Below are positions 29,108 through 38,805 of a stretch of DNA of 64,000 nt, piece after piece. The stretch comes from an uncultured Gammaproteobacteria bacterium (GTDB lineage: Bacteria; Patescibacteriota; Microgenomatia; UBA8517). The translations under genes were made by a program, and so were the position numbers. Numbering within the stretch: position 1 is the first letter of the stretch; every line of letters begins with the position of its first letter. The DNA lies in assembly GCA_964427735.1 (NCBI GenBank), contig CAYRUS010000001.1:290173-354172 (forward strand). Direction: 5' to 3'. The notes below the pieces were generated by a model that was not told the origin of the DNA, ran no database searches, and saw only the letters and a list, made by a program, of their open reading frames with translations.

Positions 29108-29503
29108 TTATTTCTTCATAGCATCTCTTATTTGCTCTTCATTCATCCCAAAATGATGCCCTATTTCATGAATAACAGTATCTCTTACTTTTTCTTTTAA
29201 CTCATCTGGAGTCTTTGAAACCATCATTAAGGGTATCTTAAAAATAGTAATTTTATCTGGCAATGTTGGACCTATTCCATATCTACCCCTTTTTGTTTGA
29301 GGAACACCTTCATATAATCCTAAAAGCAACCCTCCCTCTCCTCTCAACTGAACTTTTTCCATTTGCAGATTATTTGGATAATCCTCCATAACAATGGATA
29401 CATTTTCCATCCTATCCAAAAACTCTCGTGGTAAAGATTCAACAGCTTCGTCAATGAACTTCATGAATTGATCATCATCCATAAGGAGATTATATACTAA
29501 CAT
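29108..29503 (-). CDS. zincin-like metallopeptidase family protein (small HExxH protein, DUF1025-type)
   Basis: VIHEIGHHFGMNEEQI HExxH motif near the C-terminus; 131 aa. Confidence 0.6.
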   Translation of the reverse strand: MLVYNLLMDDDQFMKFIDEAVESLPREFLDRMENVSIVMEDYPNNLQMEKVQLRGEGGLLLGLYEGVPQTKRGRYGIGPTLPDKITIFKIPLMMVSKTPDELKEKVRDTVIHEIGHHFGMNEEQIRDAMKK

Positions 29504-29540
29504 TCCTGTGGCTAATCTGTCGTTTTAAATGCATTAAAAA

Positions 29541-29825
29541 TTAATTTAAATCACCACTATCCGATTGTCCTTTACCCTCAGTAATTACCAACAATTGTCC
29601 AAGTCTTTCAACAAATTTTTTGGCATGATCACGACTCATTCCAACTCTTGCTACAATTCTTACTTGATTGGTTGGTCCAAGGGCTTGCATAACATTTAGC
29701 ACAACACCATTTTCGTTAGTAGTCATATTAATATTGTCAGTATAAAGTATTGGTGTTGAGTCTAAGTTTATACTTACTTGTGCCGTTTTTGTTTCTTGTT
29801 GTTTTTTTTCTGCCATAAATCTCAC
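29541..29825 (-). CDS. small hypothetical protein
   Basis: 94-aa ORF co-directional with its neighbours. Confidence 0.4.
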   Translation of the reverse strand: MRFMAEKKQQETKTAQVSINLDSTPILYTDNINMTTNENGVVLNVMQALGPTNQVRIVARVGMSRDHAKKFVERLGQLLVITEGKGQSDSGDLN

Positions 29826-29839
29826 CTCCTAAAAGAAAC

Positions 29840-30136
29840 CTATATATAATCATCTCTTTCGTGTGGAATTGGAGGATATAAATCAGGATAATTACGATAA
29901 TGGGATCGATAAGATTGAATTAGCTCTAGTGCTGCCTCTCCTTTTGGAAAGTCACCTTCATTTTGCAAATGAGTTAATAATTCCCATGCTTCAGCATCAG
30001 TACCTGTAATTAATTTCATTTTTTGGATAGGTGATAAAGAATCAAATTCTTTTGCACCCAAAACCGTCATCTTACCTTTTAAATAGTCAGCAACCGGTAA
30101 TCTTTTAATAAACCTTGAAAAACGTTCGGGCAACAT
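29840..30136 (-). CDS. small hypothetical protein
   Basis: 98-aa ORF. Confidence 0.4.
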   Translation of the reverse strand: MLPERFSRFIKRLPVADYLKGKMTVLGAKEFDSLSPIQKMKLITGTDAEAWELLTHLQNEGDFPKGEAALELIQSYRSHYRNYPDLYPPIPHERDDYI

Positions 30137-30282
30137 CAGCAGATGTGAACATTATATAAACTAAATTTTTCAAAAGCAAAAGAATAAATTTGTTATATAA
30201 TTAAATTAGGCTCAGGATAAAAATTTTTGAAACAATTTAAACACACGATCGTATTACAAATACATATACTGTCCAAATATTT

Positions 30283-30804
30283 ATGAACGATCAGTTATTA
30301 ATAGAAAAAGCTAAAAAAGGAAAACTTTCCGCGTTTGAGCTGATAGTTAAAAATCACCAAAGAGCAATCTTCAGACATACTCTAAGAATCCTCAAAGACC
30401 ATGACAAAGCAGCAGACGCAACCCAAGATACTTTTATAAAAGCATATAAAAATATCAGTAAATTTAAAAAAGGCAAACCCATAAAACCGTGGATTTATAA
30501 AATTGCTACAAACACTTGTTACGACATTATAAAAAAGGATTCCAGAGTTAGCAGACTAGATATTGAAATAAAAAGTGAGAATGATGCCCCAATTGAGCGA
30601 ATTATCAAAAAGGAACAAGTGAAAAATTTACTTTTAGCACTTAAAAAATTACCGGATAAATACAAAACTCCAATTACTGGCTTTTACTTTGATAGATTAA
30701 GTTACAAAGAACTTGCTGACAATCTGAACTTACCAATCAACACCTTAAAAACACGAATCAGACGTGGAAAATTAATTTTGAGAAAGGAGTTGATATACCA
30801 ATGA
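30283..30804 (+). CDS. ECF-type sigma-70 family RNA polymerase sigma factor
   Basis: Region 2 (FRHTLRIL...TQDTFIKAY) and region 4 (LSYKELADNLNLPINTLKTRIRRG). Confidence 0.85.
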   Translation: MNDQLLIEKAKKGKLSAFELIVKNHQRAIFRHTLRILKDHDKAADATQDTFIKAYKNISKFKKGKPIKPWIYKIATNTCYDIIKKDSRVSRLDIEIKSENDAPIERIIKKEQVKNLLLALKKLPDKYKTPITGFYFDRLSYKELADNLNLPINTLKTRIRRGKLILRKELIYQ

Positions 30805-31205
30805 ATGATAAATTAACCGAAAAAATCATGTATGAAGTAGCGAAAAAAGAACGCAGTGACGTTTTTGTTTCTTTGTTTTTATTGCTACCTACTATTATTG
30901 CACTTGTATTTATTGCAGCTGTTTGTTCACACAAAACTTTATCAAATCTTTCTAACAAAGGGTTTTTTGATTTAATAATTGAATTTGAATACGATCTGAA
31001 TAATTTTTATCCACAAATAGCTGATTTAGGCAACAAACTCTGGGAGGAAACAGTAAGAGGATTTCTAGCTGCATCTGCAGCTAGCTCTACTGCTGCATTC
31101 TTTTTACTCAAAAAGAGCAAGCTTACTTATTTACGTACAAGAGTAAAGGAAATTAGCAAGTACTTTAGTGAAACAAATTCACTTATATATCGTATTAATA
31201 AGTAG
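30801..31205 (+). CDS. putative membrane-anchored anti-sigma factor
   Basis: Start overlaps the sigma stop (ATGA); single TM helix; partnership with the sigma factor is inferred from position. Confidence 0.5.
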   Translation: MNDKLTEKIMYEVAKKERSDVFVSLFLLLPTIIALVFIAAVCSHKTLSNLSNKGFFDLIIEFEYDLNNFYPQIADLGNKLWEETVRGFLAASAASSTAAFFLLKKSKLTYLRTRVKEISKYFSETNSLIYRINK

Positions 31206-31333
31206 AGGGAGGTGATAAATTTCAGAAACCTAATTTTGTCTCAACGGACAGGGGACAAAAAATCAAGAAGTCCACCTAACATATCCAAAAACATACTCTT
31301 TGCAAAACTGCCACTTAAAAGTGGTAGTTTTGT

Positions 31334-32131
31334 TTATATTATTAATTCATCGATAAGCCTTTTTTCGTTTTCTTCTTTGACATAGGCTCTTACCTGAACA
31401 TATTTTTCTATTCCAGAACCTTTAAGTTTACTTTTTAGAAGTTCATCAACTTGAAATATACCAGCAGAATTGTTCATTGTTATTGTGATGAGTATGGGTT
31501 TTTCTTTACCTTCACTTATTTCAATTTCATCTATAGCTGCATGAGATAAAGAATGAATGTCTATTATCCCTGCTTCGTAACCCGCTTTAGATCTACCCTC
31601 ACTCATATCCAGTGCATCTGCAACACGAACAATGCCTGCTTCTAATGTTAATGGTTTTCCATTTTTTCTATGGCTGATTATTGCATGCAAAACTTCAGAA
31701 ATTATGATAGTTCTTTCTTCAATTGGAAGAAAATTTAATGATTCCCGAAGTATGCTATTTACTAAAAATAAGCTAAATTCTTCGTGGCCTTCTCTGCTTA
31801 CAGACATTCCCAAATCATGCAAAATACTAGCAAGAAACAGCACAACCTCAGCATGATCATTAGACAAATTAAAGTCCTCTACAATAGACATTTTTATATT
31901 ATTCTTGCCAAGAATTCTTGAAAACCTCAGTGCAATGTTTGCAACTATTTGAAAATGTACAGTCCCGTGGTCTGTCATCTTAATCCTATCCAGAGCATTA
32001 ACATTAATAACTTTCCACAAAGTATGTATTTCTTTATTTGAGTTAATTTCTTCTACTACTTTCTCAAGAAGCTTGTTTTTTGCAACCGGGACCTTAATAC
32101 TTACCGGCTGCTTATTATTCTTCGATTTCAT
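31334..32131 (-). CDS. HD-domain metal-dependent phosphohydrolase
   Basis: H...HDLGM...D motifs; 265 aa. Confidence 0.65.
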   Translation of the reverse strand: MKSKNNKQPVSIKVPVAKNKLLEKVVEEINSNKEIHTLWKVINVNALDRIKMTDHGTVHFQIVANIALRFSRILGKNNIKMSIVEDFNLSNDHAEVVLFLASILHDLGMSVSREGHEEFSLFLVNSILRESLNFLPIEERTIIISEVLHAIISHRKNGKPLTLEAGIVRVADALDMSEGRSKAGYEAGIIDIHSLSHAAIDEIEISEGKEKPILITITMNNSAGIFQVDELLKSKLKGSGIEKYVQVRAYVKEENEKRLIDELII

Positions 32132-32202
32132 AACCTTTGATATTTTATCAAAAAGCTTGAAAGTTAGCCAATTTTAATTTTGGCTAATGTATAATAGAAC
32201 TT

Positions 32203-33159
32203 ATGTTAGTTGATGAAGCAGAAATAACAATTAAAGGTGGTCATGGCGGACCAGGAATAGTTTCGTTTGGTAAGGGGAAAAAATCCGGACCTGACGGAGG
32301 AAATGGCGGAAGAGGAGGAGATCTTTATTTAATGGGCAGCTCAGATCTAACTCTTTTAAATCAATTTTTAACTAAAACACTATTTGAGGCAGAAAATGGA
32401 GAATCAGGTGGAAGAAACCGCAAAACGGGAAAAAGTGGTAAGGATTTAGAAATCCGATTACCAGTTGGGACCAGTGTTATTGATATAAGATCAGGTAAAA
32501 AATTAGCTGAAATAGAAAAAGAAGACCAAAAAGTACTTATTTGTAAAGGAGGAAAAGGAGGAAGAGGTAACTACGAATTTAGAAGCCCAAAAAGAACAAC
32601 ACCAAGGTTTGCTCAGCCAGGACTCCCCGGAGAAGAATATGATGTAAAAGTTGTTTTAAAGCTTATAGCAGACTTTGGTCTGGTTGGTCTACCCAATGCA
32701 GGGAAAAGTAGTCTTTTGAATGAACTGACAAATGCAAAAGCCAAAATCGCAAATTACGCGTTCACTACTCTATCCCCTAATCTCGGCGTACTTAATGGCA
32801 AAATATTGGCTGATATTCCCGGGCTTATCGAAGGAGCTTCTGAGGGGAAAGGTCTTGGTTTTACTTTTCTAAAACATATTGAAAAAGTTAAAGTATTACT
32901 TCATTGCATATCTTCTGAATCAACAAATCCTATAGATGATTATCAGGCAGTACGAAAAGAATTAAAAAATTACAAAAAAGCTTTAGTGGAAAAGCCAGAA
33001 ATAGTATTGATAACAAAATCTGACTTAGTGGACAAAAAAACACTTAAATCTCTAAAAGATCAATTCAAAACAAAAAATATTAAAGCTTTGTATATATCCA
33101 TACATGATTGGGACAGTATAAAAACTTTAAAAAATGAACTTTTGAATATAAAATATTAA
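32203..33159 (+). CDS. obg: GTPase Obg (short form without C-terminal domain)
   Basis: N-terminal Gly-rich Obg fold (GGHGGPG, GGNGGRGGD), then G1 GLVGLPNAGKSSL and G4 TKSD. Confidence 0.92.
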   Translation: MLVDEAEITIKGGHGGPGIVSFGKGKKSGPDGGNGGRGGDLYLMGSSDLTLLNQFLTKTLFEAENGESGGRNRKTGKSGKDLEIRLPVGTSVIDIRSGKKLAEIEKEDQKVLICKGGKGGRGNYEFRSPKRTTPRFAQPGLPGEEYDVKVVLKLIADFGLVGLPNAGKSSLLNELTNAKAKIANYAFTTLSPNLGVLNGKILADIPGLIEGASEGKGLGFTFLKHIEKVKVLLHCISSESTNPIDDYQAVRKELKNYKKALVEKPEIVLITKSDLVDKKTLKSLKDQFKTKNIKALYISIHDWDSIKTLKNELLNIKY

Positions 33160-33191
33160 AGTTAAGGGTCTATTTAATAATATTTTTAGCT

Positions 33192-33710
33192 ATGAATATT
33201 ACACCGTTTGTTATCGAAAATATCGGCAAAATAATTTTTTCTATTGTTGTTTTGGCAGGTACATTTTTGTTAAGAATACTAATCAAAAAAGCTGTTAAGA
33301 TAGCTTTCCTTAAAGTTTCAACAAAGCTTGACAAAAAGCATTTAGCCAGAACAAAAACAATAAGGTCTCTTCTTGTTAATATAATTAATTTAGCAGTACT
33401 ATTGGTCGCAGTTTTGACCATTTTATCCACTTGGGGAGTTGATGTTGCCCCCTTACTCGCAGGGATTGGTGTGTTCGGTATAGCAATTTCTTTTGGTTCT
33501 CAATCCTTGGTAAAGGATTTTATAAGTGGATTTTTTATTATTCTTGAGGATCAATTCCATGTTGGAGATACTATTAAAGTAGCTAGTTTTGAAGGTGTTG
33601 TTAAAAGTATTTCTATCCGGACTACTGTGATTAAGGATAGTGACGGTAATCTGATTTTTATTCCTAACTCAAAAATCGATATTGTAACCAGATATAAACC
33701 AAAGAAATAA
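33192..33710 (+). CDS. small-conductance mechanosensitive channel MscS family (truncated cytoplasmic domain)
   Basis: GIAISFGSQSLVKDFISGFFIILEDQFHVGDTIKV with a pore helix and beta domain. Confidence 0.8.
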   Translation: MNITPFVIENIGKIIFSIVVLAGTFLLRILIKKAVKIAFLKVSTKLDKKHLARTKTIRSLLVNIINLAVLLVAVLTILSTWGVDVAPLLAGIGVFGIAISFGSQSLVKDFISGFFIILEDQFHVGDTIKVASFEGVVKSISIRTTVIKDSDGNLIFIPNSKIDIVTRYKPKK

Positions 33711-33712
33711 GA

Positions 33713-34249
33713 CTAATAAAGGTTATTTATAAAATTCTGTAATTCTTCTACTGCTAACAAACAATCTTTTACTTCATATATATCTGTTGGTTTGTCCCCC
33801 TCAGCTACAGTTGTCCTGTTATAATTTATTTTTGCTTTTGAAATATTTTCTTCAAATGGAAGAGTCCTTGAATCAGCATATATAAACATACTTTCCATTT
33901 GAATACCACTTACCTTTGTTATTGAGTAAATTTGAGTCAAAGTCTTAATATCTGGCTCCTGCATCATAACCATTCGAAATTCAATTTCTTCTCCACTATC
34001 CAAAGATAAAGTTATTCGCGTCTCGTCAAAACAATTTACAGGATCAAGTAAGCAAACTGCAGCTCTATGAATAAATTCCTTATTTTCCAGTAATTTTTTT
34101 ATGAGAAGTTCTTTTAACTCTAAATATTTTATTGTTTTCTCTTCTATGCCTAAAGCTTCACTTTTTAGTTCTTGCTCATTTTCACGAACATTCTCCGCCG
34201 AAGCAACTTCAGATTGAACATTTCCGATTGTAAGCTCTTTTTCCAGCAT
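33713..34249 (-). CDS. hypothetical protein
   Basis: 178-aa ORF. Confidence 0.45.
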   Translation of the reverse strand: MLEKELTIGNVQSEVASAENVRENEQELKSEALGIEEKTIKYLELKELLIKKLLENKEFIHRAAVCLLDPVNCFDETRITLSLDSGEEIEFRMVMMQEPDIKTLTQIYSITKVSGIQMESMFIYADSRTLPFEENISKAKINYNRTTVAEGDKPTDIYEVKDCLLAVEELQNFINNLY

Positions 34250-34337
34250 GATAATATAGTGGCTGGGCAGATTTTTGTATTTTATTTGATAGAATATAAA
34301 AGACTGTTAATTAACAAATTTAATAACTTAAATTTGA

Positions 34338-35282
34338 CTAAGGCTGAAACAAGGTCTCTGGAATAATTTCTACCTCATCTACTTCTTCAAAAGCTTGGGC
34401 TGTTTTTTCTATTTGTGAGCGGAGTAAAGATACTCTGCAGGAACCTCCAGAAGTTGCATTCTGAGGATCACTAAATTCCAAAGTCAGTAAACCATTTTCT
34501 AAGTTAGCACCCTCTAATTCAAATCCTTCCAACGGAAATTCTGTTGTAAAACCTTGTTGCCTTTCTGAACTCGTAAGATTTCCTTGTATTAAAAGTTCAA
34601 TGGTATCCTGGATTGGTGTTTGAGTAACTGGGATTTCTTTTTGGACAGGTCTTACATATCGAGAGTCACAGGAAAGGTTTGGGTTTCCATCTCTGTCTAC
34701 TTCCTCATTATAATAATAAACACTGACTTGTCTTCTCTCGCTATCTTCAAATCTAACAGGTATTCTTAGCTCATCCGCATTCTCAGGCAACCCGGAAGGG
34801 TTTGCTTTCTCCAAAATAAGAGTACCGCTCTCCGTACCAGATGCAGTAAAAGTAAGCTCAGCTTCGAAAGGAACAAAATCTTCGGTCATCCATTCTCCAA
34901 GAGCCTGTGCAGAACCTTCTGCAACTTGATTCCCTTCCGAGTCTAACAGGCTTACTGGAAAACTAGCTTCAAAATACCAAGTACCTCTTGCTTCTCCTGT
35001 TATTATTAAAGGACTTGTTATTGTTTGATTTGGTTTAGGAGATTCTATTCTTATTAAATCACTTTTTTCTAACTCATTGCCTATCTCTTCGACGAAAGTT
35101 TTACCATCAGTAAAGCATTGTCTTGGATAAGATTCCATTACAGGGTTTCCAGCCTCAACACACTCTTCAAAGGAGTTAATTGCATTCTGAATAGGAGCAT
35201 TTTTTTCAAAAATTCTAAAAAATAAAAACAACCCTGTAATAACTATAAGTATTCCTAAAAGGACTAACAAATTCTTTTTCAT
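34338..35282 (-). CDS. secreted GerMN/Gmad2-like domain protein
   Basis: Signal/TM N-terminus; two beta-rich domains with GerMN-like features; locally higher GC. Confidence 0.5.
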   Translation of the reverse strand: MKKNLLVLLGILIVITGLFLFFRIFEKNAPIQNAINSFEECVEAGNPVMESYPRQCFTDGKTFVEEIGNELEKSDLIRIESPKPNQTITSPLIITGEARGTWYFEASFPVSLLDSEGNQVAEGSAQALGEWMTEDFVPFEAELTFTASGTESGTLILEKANPSGLPENADELRIPVRFEDSERRQVSVYYYNEEVDRDGNPNLSCDSRYVRPVQKEIPVTQTPIQDTIELLIQGNLTSSERQQGFTTEFPLEGFELEGANLENGLLTLEFSDPQNATSGGSCRVSLLRSQIEKTAQAFEEVDEVEIIPETLFQP

Positions 35283-35363
35283 ATATCTATTTTAAACTTT
35301 ATTTTCCTTATTATAGCTTATTTCAAACAATATTCTGTTATTATAATAATTAAATGTGATTTT

Positions 35364-36839
35364 ATGAATAATAAAGTAAAATCTTTCACCCAAAGAGTTC
35401 TCCATTTTTTCAGCCCTTTTTCTCGACTCGGTGAGTCTCAGTATTCTTACTCCTTTCCTTTGTTATTGTCACTTATCTTTGTATTACTATCTGAGTTCCT
35501 TGTTACCATACTGTCTGCTCCTGAAATGGTAGGCATTATTGCTATTTTTCTTTTCATGGCTTTGATTGTGTATTTGTCATTTCGTGATGGAATTAGAGGT
35601 GGATTTATAGCAGCATCGATTACAATTCTTTACTATCTCTATATTTTAAATCGCGAAGGTGGCACCAATTCTGAAGGAATAAGAACAATAGTTCTCTTCA
35701 CTATTGCATATTATGCTATTGCTGGAGTTATAGGATGGCTTAGGCAATCAATAGACCAGTTGATACAAAAGGAGTTAGACAATAGAAGTAGACTTTCCTC
35801 TGTAATCCAACAATTACCAATAGGCGTTATTATTACTGACAAACAAGGCACAGTTGAATTAGTGAATAAACAAACAGAGAAGATTTTAGGTGAAGAAATT
35901 CTAATTGGCTCCTCAATTGAGCAAGGACTATCCTTCAAATCTAAACATAATGGTAAATACACCCAACAAACAAGCCAAATATTCCATGACTTAAAGTCTT
36001 CGGGGAAAACTATAATTGACCGTGAATTTGAGGTAAAGCGACAAGATGGGAAAAAAGTATATGTTCAGGTAAATGCTGATATCATCAAGAATACAAAAAA
36101 ACAAACAATTGCAACTGCAACTATAATTAATGACATCACTGAAAAAAAAGAACTGGAACTAAGAAAAGATGACTTTATAAATACTGCTTCCCATGAATTA
36201 AAAACCCCATTAACTAGCCTTAAGTTATACGCAGATAAACTTTCTATCTACAATCAAGATAAAAGACATACCAAAACAAAACTAATTGAAAAAGGAATCC
36301 AAACACAAATTGAACGATTACAAAAATTAGTTTCTGATTTATTGGATGTGTCACGTCTTCAAACAGGGAAGCTATCCTACAACAAAGAAAAATTCAAGAT
36401 AGATGCACTAATAAATGAAACGATTAAGTCTATGGACGAACCAAAAGATGATGTCAGAATTGACTTTAAGACAAAAAGCTCAGCAATTGTTACTGCAGAT
36501 AAGTTTAGAATATCTCAAGTTTTAAATAATCTACTTACCAATGCAATTAAGTTCTCTCCTGACAATAAAAGTATTATTATTAAATCTCAAAAAGCTGATG
36601 GGAAAGTTATTGTAAGTGTCCAAGACCATGGAATAGGGATCGATGAATCGCAACACAAATACATCTTTGGAAGACTTTACCAAGTCACAGACAACAACAT
36701 TAAAACTTACCCGGGTCTTGGAATGGGACTTTATATATCAAAAGAGATTATAGAACGCCACAAAGGAAAGATTTGGGTTGAAAGCAAAAAAGGAAAAGGG
36801 TCTACTTTTTATTTCAGCCTTCCTCTAGCAAAGAATTAA
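35364..36839 (+). CDS. membrane sensor histidine kinase with PAS, HisKA and HATPase_c domains
   Basis: H-box FINTASHELKTPLTSL, and N/G1/G2 boxes (LLTNAIKFS, DHGIGID, GLGMGL). Confidence 0.9.
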   Translation: MNNKVKSFTQRVLHFFSPFSRLGESQYSYSFPLLLSLIFVLLSEFLVTILSAPEMVGIIAIFLFMALIVYLSFRDGIRGGFIAASITILYYLYILNREGGTNSEGIRTIVLFTIAYYAIAGVIGWLRQSIDQLIQKELDNRSRLSSVIQQLPIGVIITDKQGTVELVNKQTEKILGEEILIGSSIEQGLSFKSKHNGKYTQQTSQIFHDLKSSGKTIIDREFEVKRQDGKKVYVQVNADIIKNTKKQTIATATIINDITEKKELELRKDDFINTASHELKTPLTSLKLYADKLSIYNQDKRHTKTKLIEKGIQTQIERLQKLVSDLLDVSRLQTGKLSYNKEKFKIDALINETIKSMDEPKDDVRIDFKTKSSAIVTADKFRISQVLNNLLTNAIKFSPDNKSIIIKSQKADGKVIVSVQDHGIGIDESQHKYIFGRLYQVTDNNIKTYPGLGMGLYISKEIIERHKGKIWVESKKGKGSTFYFSLPLAKN

Positions 36840-37165
36840 TACAAAACGTAAACACTAAGCAACTGTAATATTTTCAATGAATCACTAAAAAATGTTAAAT
36901 TTAAACTCAGACAAATCTTTGTTTTAGTCTCCTCATGTGTAAGGATATTGGTCCTAATATTGAACTTTTAGGCTACCCACATACCTATTGAAATAAAATC
37001 TATTTGGATGTTTTTCACTTGCTATTAATAAAGCCAACACTCTATGGGGTCCATCAACCAATTGACCATTGTAATACTTCCATGGCTTTTCTAAATTTTA
37101 TTATTTAGCATACAAGTATCTAGACTTTTCAAAGAAACAATATATTTGATTAAACCGCCTTAGAT

Positions 37166-37417
37166 TCACCTTTCCCCTAATTGATCAATAGTTTCATTAG
37201 TGAACCATCTTCTGATATTTAGCATAACTATATGTACACTAGATTTTCCTATCCTTACTTTAGTTACCAGTATTGGTCTTTCTATCTCCTCATTAACACT
37301 ACAGAAGTATTTACCTGATTTTACTCTAGCCTCCAAAAGCTCAACAGCTCGCTCTGCTCTTTTTAGTGAAGAAAATTGAGCTTTATAGATAGTTTCTCTA
37401 AACTCATATTCAACCAT
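37166..37417 (-). CDS. small hypothetical protein
   Basis: 83-aa ORF after a 325-nt AT-rich gap. Confidence 0.3.
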   Translation of the reverse strand: MVEYEFRETIYKAQFSSLKRAERAVELLEARVKSGKYFCSVNEEIERPILVTKVRIGKSSVHIVMLNIRRWFTNETIDQLGER

Positions 37418-37510
37418 CTATAAAAATTATACTTTGAAATATTTAAGCTAACAATAAACTAGACTGTCTTATTTTTTAATTCTTTGTTAGAATCTATTTA
37501 GAATAGTTGT

Positions 37511-38113
37511 ATGGATATTCAGGATAAAAAAGGTTTTACCTCAATAGTTATAATTTTAGTGATTCTGGCAATAGTAGCTCTTGGTGGCAGCATTTTGTTT
37601 ATAAACACAAAAAAACCTAACTTAGAAGAATCAACAGCCACAGAAATGATTGTTACTAATGATGAAACTGAAACAGACTCAGATCTTTCTTTTTCGGGAA
37701 CTTATTTTGACACAATTGAAAAGGGTAGTCCTTTAGAATGTGATTGGAGTGCTCCGGAAGGGTTTGGACCTAATCAAATAGGACAAGGAAAACTCTACAC
37801 TGACGGAAATGGAAATGGTAGAACTGAAGCTGTCTTCTCTGTCGCAAATGCAAATGCTAATACTTATGCTATTTTTATGAATGAAACCGTATATCAATGG
37901 ACAGAACTGCCTTCTGGTCAAAAAATAGGAATTAAAATCACCAAAGAAGATGCTCAAGCTAGTGAAGATAACCTTACAGATGAAGAAAAAGAGCAAGGAA
38001 AACAATATGCATCCCAATACTCATTTTCTTGTAAACCTTGGGCAATTGATACCACAATGTTTGAATTACCAGATGATGTAGAATTTTCTGAAGTTAGCTC
38101 ACTTACTTCTTAA
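37511..38113 (+). CDS. membrane-anchored hypothetical protein (prepilin-like KGFTSIV N-terminus)
   Basis: KKGFTSIVIILVILAIVALGG resembles a type IV pilin leader but lacks the Glu at +5. Confidence 0.5.
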   Translation: MDIQDKKGFTSIVIILVILAIVALGGSILFINTKKPNLEESTATEMIVTNDETETDSDLSFSGTYFDTIEKGSPLECDWSAPEGFGPNQIGQGKLYTDGNGNGRTEAVFSVANANANTYAIFMNETVYQWTELPSGQKIGIKITKEDAQASEDNLTDEEKEQGKQYASQYSFSCKPWAIDTTMFELPDDVEFSEVSSLTS

Positions 38114-38141
38114 ATCCACATAATATTATTTGAATCTTTTG

Positions 38142-38771
38142 TTAGAGAGATCTTATCTTTTTATTTAGTTTGCTATTTTTACTCTTTTTAACTTTTTTCC
38201 AGTTTGGTATATTTTCTTTTTCTTCTTTATAGCCACTTTGTCCTTCATCTATTAATTTTTCCAGTATATTTTTGAATTTCAAAGGATGGGCAATGTTTTC
38301 TAAAACAATTTCCCTATCTTTCGAACCGGCAGTATGAATCATCAAGCGTCCATATTTATACAAGCTCCTTTCAATAAAACTTTGGTAGACCTCTACATGA
38401 GTAATTTTGTCGTAAACAGCGGAAGTAAGACTTACATTGAAATACCCCTGCTGGGAAATCAGTCTTTTGTTCGTAAGAATATATTGAGTTCCTTTACTCA
38501 TAAAATAGATTTGAATGTAAGTTACTATAAACGAAAGAGCATAACCTGCAAGTAAAGCCACAACAGGAGACTTTGTGAAATAATAAACTCCTCCAAACCC
38601 AATAATAATAAAAATAACACCAGGAATTAAAAACCTAATTAAAAAAATTCTCACTAAGTACATGTGAGAAACTCCAGTGAAATACAACATCTTTTCTCCG
38701 TGAGCCAGATAATGAGAAAAGCTTTTTATTTCCTTTTCGCTAGCAGGCTTCAGATAAAGCGTATCTTCCAT
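38142..38771 (-). CDS. bacterial PH domain (bPH_2/YdbS-like) membrane protein
   Basis: Two TM helices, then YILTNKRLISQQG...YGRLMIHTAG. Confidence 0.6.
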   Translation of the reverse strand: MEDTLYLKPASEKEIKSFSHYLAHGEKMLYFTGVSHMYLVRIFLIRFLIPGVIFIIIGFGGVYYFTKSPVVALLAGYALSFIVTYIQIYFMSKGTQYILTNKRLISQQGYFNVSLTSAVYDKITHVEVYQSFIERSLYKYGRLMIHTAGSKDREIVLENIAHPLKFKNILEKLIDEGQSGYKEEKENIPNWKKVKKSKNSKLNKKIRSL

Positions 38772-38805
38772 ACCTCATTCTATCATTTACAACTAGCAAT
38801 TAAGT

